Shown here one piece after another: positions 28,801 to 37,030 of a stretch of DNA of 64,000 bases. The notes below the pieces were generated by a model, which had not been told where the DNA came from, ran no database searches, and saw nothing but the letters and a program-made list of their open reading frames with translations. The stretch is taken from NCBI GenBank assembly GCA_963702205.1, contig OY969724.1:192001-256000 (forward strand). Reading direction: 5' to 3'. Source of the stretch: an uncultured candidate division Zixibacteria bacterium (GTDB taxonomy: Bacteria > Zixibacteria > MSB-5A5 > GN15 > PGXB01). Each line of letters starts with the position of its first letter. Within the stretch, counting starts at the first letter, position 1. Both the position numbers and the translations under genes were made by a program.

Positions 28801-30410
28801 TCGACTGCCTGCTTCGCTTTGTTGATTGCGGCCTTCTCGGCTGCTTCGAGAGCTTCCTTTTTGACCTTTTCCGCCAGCTCCTCACCGGCCGTTTTTTCCA
28901 GCGCCTTGACGAGCTGCTGCTTGTTCTTGAGCGGACCGATGTGGTGTTTTTTCTTGGCGTCGATCAGGGACGCACCCTTGAGCCCCGCGTGATCCACGCC
29001 CGGCTCCAATTCGTCAAGCAGGTCGATCACGTCCTGTTTGGTCATGTTGAGGGAGACGCCCTTGGTTTTGGCCATCCCCTGGAGCTCGACCACGGTGAGG
29101 TCATGCAGTCCGCCGCTCGGCGGAATTTTCTTGAGCTGTTCTGCGAGTTGCTGCGCCTGCTTGAGCGACGCCTGTTTCTGCGCCAGGAGTTGGATCAGGT
29201 CGTTTTTGGTGCGGAGCAGGCCGATTTTATGTTCCTTGAGCTTGGCATCGAGTGCGGCTCCGGCAAGGGTGGAGTGGTCCACGCCCGGCTCCGCCGCGTC
29301 GAGCAGATGGATGAAGTCGGCTTTGGTCCGGGCGATGGAGACGCCGTTCTGCTTTGCCAGGGTCTGGAGTTGCTTCACGCTCAAAGTGTTCAGGTCGGCG
29401 ATCTGTCCACCCTCGAAGGCTGCTTTGAGCTTCGCTTCCTCGGCGGCCTTGGCCTTCGCCTGCTCTTCGATGGTCTGGGGCGGGATGATGCACGCGGCGG
29501 GTTCGTCCGCCGCCTTCGCCCCCAGCTCTCCTCCGCAGATCACCAGCGGCCACGCGACCACGCTCGTGCAGCGGCAGTTGGGATGGGCCGGCTGCTGCGG
29601 AAAACGGTTCGTGTCGAACACCTTGCCGTCCAGCGGCCCGCAGATCGGGCATACCCGCTCGTCCTCCATGGTCATCCATTCGAGTTTCCGGACTCCGACC
29701 TGGTCGTGGAACTTTATGCGCCCCTGGTTGTGGGCGCGCAGGACCTCTGTGCGGGCGATCACCTCCATGCGGTACTGAGCCTTGGTGAACACTTTGGAAC
29801 CGGCATAGCGGAAGGATTCCGGGTCTTTCACCACGCGCCCGAGGTCTCGGACGATGTCCTCCACGCCCTTGCCGGTGGCGATGCCGCCCATCACGACCCG
29901 CTTGATGCCGTCGGCCAGCTCGCGGTTGATGTCGCCGGCCAGGACCAGGTTGTAGTTGGTCATGAAATCGAGGGCATCGGTATCCACCAGGGTGAACACT
30001 CGAGTGGCGAGCTTGTCGATGCCCTCCGGGGTCAAGTCGCGGTAAAAGGGAAGCTGGGCCGCGGCGAACTCGTCGATGCCTCGGAAGATGCCCTGGCGGA
30101 AGGATGTTTTGGCCGTCTTCCGGAAAAGCAGCGTCTGCTCCCGATGCAGGCGGCTCGTGGTCTCCTGGATGTCGGCCTGGAGTTTTTTTAGACCTTCGAG
30201 GGCGGCCAGCTTGTTGTCGGGAAGGGAGCCGAGGCTCTTGTAGCGGAGAATGGCGCGGCGCACCTCCTCTTCGGCACCGGCAAGCATCCCGGTCAGCTCG
30301 GCGACGTTTTGCTCTGTGTAGAGATTTCGGGCGCGGACGCTCTTTTCCGTGGCCAGGCGGGTAGCCTCGGCTTGAGAGAGGGGACGTTTGGCCGCGAGCG
30401 CACCGATCAT
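25845..30410 (-). CDS. MuF/SPP1 gp7 minor head protein with long C-terminal extension (HeH repeats, kinase-like and ART-like domains)
   Basis: IARTE, W.T.EDERVCPIC, PAHPNCRC; ATGA overlap with the portal stop gives start 30410. Confidence 0.88.
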   Translation of the reverse strand: MIGALAAKRPLSQAEATRLATEKSVRARNLYTEQNVAELTGMLAGAEEEVRRAILRYKSLGSLPDNKLAALEGLKKLQADIQETTSRLHREQTLLFRKTAKTSFRQGIFRGIDEFAAAQLPFYRDLTPEGIDKLATRVFTLVDTDALDFMTNYNLVLAGDINRELADGIKRVVMGGIATGKGVEDIVRDLGRVVKDPESFRYAGSKVFTKAQYRMEVIARTEVLRAHNQGRIKFHDQVGVRKLEWMTMEDERVCPICGPLDGKVFDTNRFPQQPAHPNCRCTSVVAWPLVICGGELGAKAADEPAACIIPPQTIEEQAKAKAAEEAKLKAAFEGGQIADLNTLSVKQLQTLAKQNGVSIARTKADFIHLLDAAEPGVDHSTLAGAALDAKLKEHKIGLLRTKNDLIQLLAQKQASLKQAQQLAEQLKKIPPSGGLHDLTVVELQGMAKTKGVSLNMTKQDVIDLLDELEPGVDHAGLKGASLIDAKKKHHIGPLKNKQQLVKALEKTAGEELAEKVKKEALEAAEKAAINKAKQAVEQTAAKVIVPDSPAGYADFLSAVKEAEAAMSASPSLPKEMLEGHAKELALKKKLFQDQVASMKVGDLKTLAKDTKLKHWQWANKDELVTLLTETDPAKIEAAKTGIETKHAAWLEKHGGKKKVAAPESAKPAPTPKPTPPSPPTFTKKGTQFEEADAAWIAKGKPGNFTSAGKAQVGGAHSKEFWTDEAGDRWLFKPVERAGDEFIAYGEEAAYKIGRLIDPDAVEVRTIRMTGRLGSIQKWRADLKDSFDFAGLDLSDLTTLDIEQIQREHVVDWLISNHDGHAKQFLRGRDGKVYGIDKGQIFKYLGEDRLAIDYHPNAKYGEQEPFYNTVFRAAKEGKVKVDPAATLRYIREVEKIADEDYLAILRPYAEGRFGRDESRKQAFYDTVLARKRNLRHDFENFYADALGRRDFRFEDVLEALPKTRLGPTEEALLEEVRSLGWQGKVLPFDEDDIEDQNALIFVETLKGKQRTVVKMKVRPEAEGKLLETLRKAGVDTAAARVGESLPQDVFAQDILSAVKTVNHHATDQQYNQGSLKKATEHLKALKRLADSADPDERAMARSYIDWIEKVQEAAREHKPVGGRFDAYLKKHAAPEKKSKDAPFTVRRTKVLQAKRELKNGELVVVDEAADNSALFRGRAMKAGEQYEIDFGDGTRAVYRPWSDKNLYAQQGEFELVLPDRPDAKSLERAMERMESLGIKAGAATPQDAELLYLHKQAYLAKVDREPDYKRLVEDLDRRAAGKEERVQEIRGFWEKRLEVKDITRMPGYDPMGEYQAAFKDPAKRAGYRHQYRFDISDADIEKQMKGYGLHHRLTNGEDAVSFIDAALGNNGAMVSTVEKLRAGVPVGGMSPEADMDTGGASYFFTRIKKLPTTGGSSDTGLYFKKRMLRRMDAISYDHDAFGRVRDEYVSNHRGSNPEEWKQFARRSGNETIFKYSVTLLDNIDVIVVGSEREKQRLLDVFRNRKIMKLPDGRKVEDIVLVR

Positions 30411-32053
30411 CCCCCGCACTCCCGGCACGCCGCCTGCCGAGACGCCGGTTCTTCCTTCCGGTCAGGGCCGTGTTCCATCGCGGGGGACTTCGGGTCGAAG
30501 AAGCGGCAGACCGGGGTGTCGAAGGTGGTTTCGCTGCGCTGGACCCGGCAGTGGTTGTGCTCGCTGTCGAAATGCGCGCAGTCGTCACAGACGGCGGCGG
30601 TAATGCCTGCACGGGCGAATGGTCCCGCCCACGATGCCTCGGCGCGGCTTCCCGTCGGGTTCTTCGCAGGATCGAGACCGAGCATTTCCTGCGCCGTTTC
30701 GACGCCCATGATCCCGGCGGTCACCATGTCGACGATGGGCTTGATCTGCTTTTCGTCGAGCATATCCACCGAACGCTTTTCGGTTTCCCGATTGGCGGAC
30801 TCGATGTCCGGGTCGAGGTCCATCTTCAGTTGCAGGCTCGACCGGCTGATGAGCTTGCGGTCGTAGAGTTCGATGAGCAGCCGCTTGAAATCGACCGCGT
30901 CCGACGGGTCGAGGTCGTTGAACAAAAACTGGAGTGTCTTGTCCTCCCAGCCCTTGAGCTCCAGCCAGTCGTTGAATATCCAGTTCAGAATGATCCGGGC
31001 GGCCTGTTTGATCTCCCTGATCATCACCAGCATCTTCTGGAGGCTCACCGATGCCGTGGCGAAGTTCGGGCCGTCGCCGGTCACCAGCGACCGCGAGAGC
31101 CCCATCGCCACGACGATGTCCTCTTTCACTTCCTTGACCTTATCCTCGACGTTGAGGACCTGCCCCTCGGTGCCGTGGGTCTCGACCGTGACGTAGAAGG
31201 GCACGACCAGGCCGCTCTTGAGGTCCATCTTGTTGACCATGTCTCGGACCTGTTCGAGCATCTTCTGGTCGGGCATGACCATCTTTTGGCCGAACGCGCC
31301 GCCGACCTTGAGTAGTCTGAAAGGCGTGGCCCAGCGTTTGGCGATGGCCTGCTCGGCCCGGCGGTAGTCACGCAGGAGTTCGATGGACTGGAAAGCGGGA
31401 AGGACGAGCGAGTTGCCCCGTGGAGAGAAGGCCGGCGCATCCCACTTGAGATGGAGAACCTGCTCCACGGGCAGGTCCAGCCCCTCGTCGGCGGCGGGAT
31501 TGTCTTCCGGCGTCTGCCGGGCTTCGACGAGCCGCCCTTGAGCGTACTTGACCTTGACCGAAACAGGGTTGACGCAGACCAATTCCTCCAGGTCCTTGCC
31601 ATCCTTGGTGTAGCGTTTGAAGCCGACGGCGTCGCCCTTGACCAGGAGCTGGAGGACCATATCCTTGACGAACTCGGAGATGCTCAGCCGGTCGACGAGG
31701 TCGACGGCCTCCCACTTTACCTTCTCGTCGTCGCCCGCGATCTTGATCTCGTCGCCCACGGCGAAAGTGCGCCAGGAGTTGACGCAGTTCTTCACCAGCG
31801 GCTCTTCGAGGTAATACTCCCAGGCCTTGCGCGCCCGGTCCTCCCAGGAAGCCGGGATCGCTTCGGAGGCGTTGACCTTGCTGAACACGGACGGGTCCAA
31901 GGCCGCGGCGGCGGCAAGCGGGACGAGCACCAGACCGTCCGCCTGCAACGGCGGCGTCTCAGTGCCCGATACGGAGGTCGGGCTGTCGGGTGTCGGATTG
32001 GATCGTGCTTCCACCGGGGTCCTCTCGGTTTCTTGCCCTTGTGGGCGCGACAT
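30407..32053 (-). CDS. Portal protein
   Basis: Between terL and MuF; LLVKGDA, VLHLK...PRGNS, GPNFATA. Confidence 0.8.
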   Translation of the reverse strand: MSRPQGQETERTPVEARSNPTPDSPTSVSGTETPPLQADGLVLVPLAAAAALDPSVFSKVNASEAIPASWEDRARKAWEYYLEEPLVKNCVNSWRTFAVGDEIKIAGDDEKVKWEAVDLVDRLSISEFVKDMVLQLLVKGDAVGFKRYTKDGKDLEELVCVNPVSVKVKYAQGRLVEARQTPEDNPAADEGLDLPVEQVLHLKWDAPAFSPRGNSLVLPAFQSIELLRDYRRAEQAIAKRWATPFRLLKVGGAFGQKMVMPDQKMLEQVRDMVNKMDLKSGLVVPFYVTVETHGTEGQVLNVEDKVKEVKEDIVVAMGLSRSLVTGDGPNFATASVSLQKMLVMIREIKQAARIILNWIFNDWLELKGWEDKTLQFLFNDLDPSDAVDFKRLLIELYDRKLISRSSLQLKMDLDPDIESANRETEKRSVDMLDEKQIKPIVDMVTAGIMGVETAQEMLGLDPAKNPTGSRAEASWAGPFARAGITAAVCDDCAHFDSEHNHCRVQRSETTFDTPVCRFFDPKSPAMEHGPDRKEEPASRQAACRECGG

Positions 32054-32086
32054 TCGCGCCGTGTGGCGGGAAAAGCCCGCCCCTGG

Positions 32087-32119
32087 GGTTATCTACCGGA
32101 GGCGTGGAAGGAACGTCGG
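32087..32119 (-). promoter_or_regulatory. Phage bipartite promoter motif, copy 5
   Basis: CCGAC-N15-CCGGTAGATAAC upstream of the portal. Confidence 0.72.
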
Positions 32120-32184
32120 TGGGCGGGACACGCACGGCAGGACCTGAACACTTCCAGGGTATGGAGGAGGCGCGTCTTCCCGGA

Positions 32185-33711
32185 TCAGATAAACACCGGC
32201 TCGGTCGTCAGCGGCACCAGGGAGACCGTCTCCTCACCGACCTGGTTGAGGACGGACTGCTCACGGGCCAACATGGCGCAGCGCACGGCGTCAACGACGT
32301 GGTCGTTGCCCTTGGAATAGACGATGCGGCCATCGTGCAGCGTATAGGTGTGGGTGGTGAACTGATCCTCGATCTCCAGGTCCTCGATGGGGAACACGAG
32401 CTGACGTCGTTGCATGGCTCCAGCAATCAAGGTGGTCATGAATTCTTTGGTCCGCTTCCTGACCTCGTGGCCGTCTCGCACGGCCAGGGTGGTCATGCCC
32501 CCGAAGTCGTAACCGCGCAGCCGCCCTTGGAGAGCCAAGTCCTTATACTTGTCCAGTGTCAGCAGCTCCTGCACGACAGCCATCCCGTTGCCGCCGTTGT
32601 CCACGCCGATGCCCGCGGCGGTGTAATACCGGTCCAGAAGGGCGATGGCCTGGGCGATGTGGGGATAAGCCACGTGCTCCATGCGGACCCGCAGGACCAG
32701 CTTGATGATTTTGCGCTCGGGCAGTTCGATCTCCTGGAACACGACGAGCTCCGTCGGGTCGTTGGTGTAGCCCAGGTCTCCGCCGATCCAAAAGACGCCG
32801 GTCCGCGGCATGAGATTGAGCAGCATCTCCAGGCGGTCGTGGGATTCCTCCTCGGTGGCGCAGCCGCGCAGTTCTTCGCCGGTGACGACGACCTTCTGGT
32901 ACTCGACCACGTCCTGTCGGCAGAGATTGAGGTGCTCGATATTGAACGCGCCGTAGGAAGGCTTGCCGTGTTCGCCGGCCACCTCATGCTGCCAGCCCGC
33001 GCTGTCCCGGCCGCCGTAGAACTCCAGCAGCTCGGCCTCGCGCTCCTGGGTCCACGATGGGTGCAGCCAGGAAGGCCAACGGAACACCCGAAACTGGGTC
33101 GATCCGGTGAGGCGGTAATAGGTGGTGTCCCGCAGACCGTTGGGCGTTGAGTAGATGCGCAGTCTGCCACCCGCCTTCAGGCACTGGCGCAGGGCCTTCC
33201 ATGCTCGTTCGGTGAGCCACGCCCCTTCGTCCACCCAGACCCGGTCCACATGCAGCGAGCGAAACGCGTCGCCGTATGCACCGGCTGGACGGAAGTAGAG
33301 GATCGCGCCGTTGGTGAATTCGAGCCTGAAGTATGGTTTGCGGTGAATCTTGGGCTTGCCGTATTTGGTGAGAGCCACGCTGACCATGAGGTCCGGGTTG
33401 GTGTCGAGTTGGAATTCGATCTCCTCGATCAGGGTGTCGAGATGTCCCTGGTGAGGCGCGCCGACGAGTCCCTGGCAGCCCCGGTTGGTGAAGGCGAAAT
33501 GCAGGGCGTCGGTGGTGATGCAGACACTCTTGCCCACGTCGCGCCCGTCGAGGTGGATGATGTTCCTGTCCGGACAGAGCAGGTCCTCGGCTTGGTGAGG
33601 CCAGTAGATGCGTTGCCCACCGTCGCGGTTGCGCAGGTATCCCTGTCCCCAGAGGACTGGGTCCGCAAGGGTCTCCGCCAGCCTGCGCTCTTTGGCGGAT
33701 ATCCGGGCCAT
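32185..33711 (-). CDS. Terminase large subunit
   Basis: GRDVGKS Walker A, VWVDE Walker B, STPNG coupling motif, GGDLG and DHVVDA nuclease motifs. Confidence 0.92.
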   Translation of the reverse strand: MARISAKERRLAETLADPVLWGQGYLRNRDGGQRIYWPHQAEDLLCPDRNIIHLDGRDVGKSVCITTDALHFAFTNRGCQGLVGAPHQGHLDTLIEEIEFQLDTNPDLMVSVALTKYGKPKIHRKPYFRLEFTNGAILYFRPAGAYGDAFRSLHVDRVWVDEGAWLTERAWKALRQCLKAGGRLRIYSTPNGLRDTTYYRLTGSTQFRVFRWPSWLHPSWTQEREAELLEFYGGRDSAGWQHEVAGEHGKPSYGAFNIEHLNLCRQDVVEYQKVVVTGEELRGCATEEESHDRLEMLLNLMPRTGVFWIGGDLGYTNDPTELVVFQEIELPERKIIKLVLRVRMEHVAYPHIAQAIALLDRYYTAAGIGVDNGGNGMAVVQELLTLDKYKDLALQGRLRGYDFGGMTTLAVRDGHEVRKRTKEFMTTLIAGAMQRRQLVFPIEDLEIEDQFTTHTYTLHDGRIVYSKGNDHVVDAVRCAMLAREQSVLNQVGEETVSLVPLTTEPVFI

Positions 33712-33989
33712 CAGGGCAGCCTCGACCTCAAGGCCGACCCGAGGACCGTGCCGATGATCTCGGCCAGGATGTGCTGGACGGCGAGCATCCCTTCGCGGTC
33801 ACGGATCACCCCTTCGATGTCGGCCGCAGCCTGATTGAGCTCCTCCCACTCCGGGTACGCCTGCCCGGCGGCGTCGAGCCGGGCCAGAGCATCGTCGATT
33901 TTCCCGGCAGCCAGCTCCGCGCCGATCTCCACCAGTTGCCGTCCCGCCTCGCGGACGGCATCGCTGTTCCGTTCCAGGATGTCCTTCAT
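33711..33989 (-). CDS. Hypothetical helical protein
   Basis: MKDILERN start with GGAGG RBS; coupled at both ends. Confidence 0.65.
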   Translation of the reverse strand: MKDILERNSDAVREAGRQLVEIGAELAAGKIDDALARLDAAGQAYPEWEELNQAAADIEGVIRDREGMLAVQHILAEIIGTVLGSALRSRLP

Positions 33990-34276
33990 CGCTTGTCCTC
34001 CTCCGGCGTCTTTTCCTGCCCCGACGCCCAGCGGTCTAAGGCTTCCATCACCACAGCCAGCCGGTCGCCCATACCCCTCAGTCGTTCCTGGTCCGGGTGC
34101 TCCGCGTCGGCCAGGGCCTTGTTGGCCTCGGCCACGTACTCGGGCATGTAGCGATTCGCCGTGTGAATGGCGTCCTGAATCCGCTGAGGCGGCCTGGCGG
34201 TGGCGCAACCCAACAGTGATGCAGCCAGACTCGCTGCCAACAGCGCCTTCAGGATCGTTTCGACCTGTCTTCTCAT
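33986..34276 (-). CDS. Putative lipoprotein
   Basis: MRRQ..LLAASLAASLLG-C signal peptide and lipobox; GAGGAG RBS. Confidence 0.7.
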   Translation of the reverse strand: MRRQVETILKALLAASLAASLLGCATARPPQRIQDAIHTANRYMPEYVAEANKALADAEHPDQERLRGMGDRLAVVMEALDRWASGQEKTPEEDKR

Positions 34277-34423
34277 GATTCTCCTCCCGGCCCGCCCGGG
34301 GCCTGATTGTTTCTCTGGAATGTGCATGGAACGCCTTGACTTCCGGCGCACACGAAGCCTGTATGTGAATGTGCGTAGAGCCTTGAAATACAAGGACTTG
34401 AGCCGTTTGAAAGGAGGTGCCGA

Positions 34424-34498
34424 ATGAGCTTTTTCGACCCCGAGACCTTCCGGATCGGGAAACCTGAACTCAACGAACGAAAGGAGAACGAGCCATGA
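34424..34498 (+). CDS. 24-aa small ORF (MSFFDPETFRIGKPELNERKENEP)
   Basis: AAGGAGGTG RBS; its TGA overlaps the next ATG. Confidence 0.5.
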   Translation: MSFFDPETFRIGKPELNERKENEP

Positions 34499-34896
34499 AC
34501 GAGACCCTGCATCAGGCCGCCCAAGCCTATCTGGAACACCTGCGGACCCAGGGGAAGAAGGAGCGGACGCTCTACACCTACGGTAAAGACTTCGAGCAGA
34601 TCGAGGTCTTCTTCGGTGCCGAGCGCAAGCTGTCCGCAGTCCTCGTCCCGCACGTGGGAAAGTTTTTCAAGTCCGATGCGCTGCTCAAACTGCCCAACGG
34701 GCGGGAGCGGTCCACACCGACGGTCGAGAAGACCAAGCGGGTGCTCCGCATGTTTCTGATCTGGGCCAAGGAGACGGGCCGTATCGACAAGCTGCCCCTG
34801 CCCAAGGACACGCCCATGGGCCGGAGCGCCAAGAAAGGAGGACAGCGCGATGACGAACACGATGCCATCGAGGCTCCGGTTGCTGAGCAGTCCTGA
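34495..34896 (+). CDS. Stand-alone integrase N-terminal (SAM-like) domain protein
   Basis: YLEHL...GK.ERT...Y..D, T.......LR.F..WA...G.I. Confidence 0.75.
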   Translation: MNETLHQAAQAYLEHLRTQGKKERTLYTYGKDFEQIEVFFGAERKLSAVLVPHVGKFFKSDALLKLPNGRERSTPTVEKTKRVLRMFLIWAKETGRIDKLPLPKDTPMGRSAKKGGQRDDEHDAIEAPVAEQS

Positions 34897-35809
34897 GCCT
34901 TCAGACGCGCGGTCCTGTTTCACCGACGCCTTGGAAGCCTTCGGCAGAAGGCTCACCGCCGAGGGACGTTCGGAGAACACCATCAGCGCATACCTGCGCG
35001 ATCTCTCATACTTGTCCGACACTCTCCTCCGAAACCATCCGGGAAACGCCCCGGACGAGGTGACCAGCGCCATGATCGACGAGGCGTTGACCTCGCCGCT
35101 GGTGGTGATCTCGGCCAGGGGCAGCGTCCGGTCGCCGGCGTCCATGCACCGGTTAAAGGCGGCTGTCCGGTCGTTTTTCACCTGGGCCGAGCAAAACGGG
35201 ATTGTCCGGGAGAATCCGGCCGGGTCGTTGACCCTTCGCAGGCTTCCCCGGACTCCGCCCAAGTTCCTGACCGAGGCCGAGAAGCGCCGTCTGCTCAAGG
35301 AACTTCGCGGCAGGGCATCCTCGCTGGCGGTCCGGGATCGCGTCATCATCGAACTCTTCCTCGGGACCGGCATCCGACTGCAGGAACTCGTCGACCTGGA
35401 CATCGAGGACGTGGACCTCGACGCCAAGCATCTCCGCGTACTCGCCAAGGGCTCCGTCCCGCAAGTGAAGTTCCTAAAGTCCACCCTGCGCTCCCTCCTG
35501 CGGAGTTACCTGGTCGAGCGCCGACGCCGGGGCGACGGCGAATGCCGGGCCATGTTCCTCTCCAACCGCGGAGAGCGGCTCTGCGAGCGGCAAGTGGCCA
35601 GGCGGCTCGAGTATTGGCTCAAGGCCGCGGGCATCGACAAGAAGCTCAGCCCGCATGCGCTCCGGCACACCTTCGCCACCCACCTTTACAGCCGGACCGG
35701 GGACATCCTGGTGGTCCAGCGCGCCCTCGGTCACCGGGACCTGTCGACCACCCAGGTCTACACCCACCTCGTGGACGGCGCTCTGGAGGACGCCCTCGAG
35801 CGCCTCTGA
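34850..35809 (+). CDS. XerC/D-like tyrosine recombinase
   Basis: TGIRLQEL, K, SPHALRHTFAT, LGH, TTQVY catalytic set intact. Confidence 0.93.
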   Translation: MTNTMPSRLRLLSSPEPSDARSCFTDALEAFGRRLTAEGRSENTISAYLRDLSYLSDTLLRNHPGNAPDEVTSAMIDEALTSPLVVISARGSVRSPASMHRLKAAVRSFFTWAEQNGIVRENPAGSLTLRRLPRTPPKFLTEAEKRRLLKELRGRASSLAVRDRVIIELFLGTGIRLQELVDLDIEDVDLDAKHLRVLAKGSVPQVKFLKSTLRSLLRSYLVERRRRGDGECRAMFLSNRGERLCERQVARRLEYWLKAAGIDKKLSPHALRHTFATHLYSRTGDILVVQRALGHRDLSTTQVYTHLVDGALEDALERL

Positions 35810-36015
35810 ACCGCAACCGACCATGGAAACCAAGCGGTCCATCCGGGCCGCTTTTCCATTCCCGCCTTCGGACAGGCAATGACAGAGGCAAGAGACAGTC
35901 AGCCCACAGTCGCGTCCCCGAACACATCCGCAGACAATGATGCGGGCAGCATCGAAGCCTTGAGGTGCCGGGCGGAAGCATTGATTGACAGAACCTTCCG
36001 CCGACCGTCGGCTTC

Positions 36016-36049
36016 GGAATGTCAGAGAACACGTCTTATCCGACATTCC
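36016..36049. other. dif/lox-like recombination site
   Basis: GGAATGTCAGAGAA-CACGTC-TTATCCGACATTCC: imperfect inverted arms around a 6-bp spacer. Confidence 0.7.
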
Positions 36050-36120
36050 CGGCGGGCGAAGCGCCGCAAGTCCGCGTGTTTCGCGGGTCGCTGCATGGCG
36101 GGCGATGGTGTTATCCGACC

Positions 36121-36657
36121 TCATTTACGCGTTTTCCCTCCCGCGGTCGTTTTCCTGGCCGGTTTTTTCTGCGACTCCGCCAGCTTCTCAATGAGAGCCG
36201 TGGCCCACTCCGCCGGCGTCGTCTCCGGTCCCTGGGACGCTTCGCCCTCACGGGCGATCTTGGTGGCCTTGAGGTCCTTGAGGTGGCAGCGGATCATTCG
36301 GTCCAGCCGTTCGGCTGCGTCCCAGTCGCCGGACTCCTGGGCCCGGCCCAGTTTGAGGAAGTAGACCGCCACCAGCTCGACCTGCATGAAGTCAGAGCTC
36401 TTGTTGAACACGAAGTCCTGGTAGAGCTGGCCGATGATGGCCTCGAAGAGGGGACGCTCCTCTGCAGAGAGGAAGCGGTCGGCGTAGATGCCGTGGCGCA
36501 AACTGTTCTGGTTGCCCGGGACTGCGCCGCTGCCGGTCCGCGCCTTGGCGGCCTTCCGTACTTCCTGTGCGGGCGCGGCGTTGCGGTGCCAGCGTTTGAG
36601 CTGACCCGCGTCGTGTTTTCCGATCCTGTCTTGGGCCTTGTCGTCTGCCATGGTCAC
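36121..36657 (-). CDS. Probable terminase small subunit
   Basis: GAVPGNQNSLRHGIY motif followed by helical region. Confidence 0.7.
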   Translation of the reverse strand: MTMADDKAQDRIGKHDAGQLKRWHRNAAPAQEVRKAAKARTGSGAVPGNQNSLRHGIYADRFLSAEERPLFEAIIGQLYQDFVFNKSSDFMQVELVAVYFLKLGRAQESGDWDAAERLDRMIRCHLKDLKATKIAREGEASQGPETTPAEWATALIEKLAESQKKPARKTTAGGKTRK

Positions 36658-36730
36658 CGCGTTTTTCGTTTCGGCATCTCGGGGTTCGTGGCGGAAGGCG
36701 GATTTCGCCCTCTTTCAGGGAAAACCCCTT

Positions 36731-36763
36731 CGATACCTACCGGAGCGGATCGCAATGCGTCGG
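36731..36763 (-). promoter_or_regulatory. Phage bipartite promoter motif, copy 6
   Basis: CCGAC-N15-CCGGTAGGTATC upstream of terS. Confidence 0.78.
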
Positions 36764-37030
36764 TGTGGATTCGGTCCGGCTTTGGGCCACGATCTGGCGC
36801 ACCCGGCGCGATGTGACGCCGGAAAGCCGGGCGATCTCGCGCGTGGGCACGCCTTGTCCCTTGAGCGCCAGCACGAGCTTGCGGCGTTCCTCGTAGAAGC
36901 CCACATCGCTCGGCACCCAGAGAAGACCGGTAAAATACCGCCGGACGGCGTCGAGCACATCGGGCGGCAGGATGTCCCTGGCGTTGCCGTAGGGCCGTTT
37001 CATGTTTTGGGGTTCGTTCTCTTGAGCCAT
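36737..37030 (-). CDS. Small HTH regulator (Mor/C- or CD3324-like)
   Basis: NARDILP..VL..V..YF.G.LWVP ... TREIARLSGVTSRRVRQIV; start 37030 or 37003. Confidence 0.7.
   Translation of the reverse strand: MAQENEPQNMKRPYGNARDILPPDVLDAVRRYFTGLLWVPSDVGFYEERRKLVLALKGQGVPTREIARLSGVTSRRVRQIVAQSRTESTPTHCDPLR

Noticed and set aside
34280..36120. Invertible segment controlled by the Xer-like recombinase
   Set aside because: No matching second site was found on the left side of the cassette
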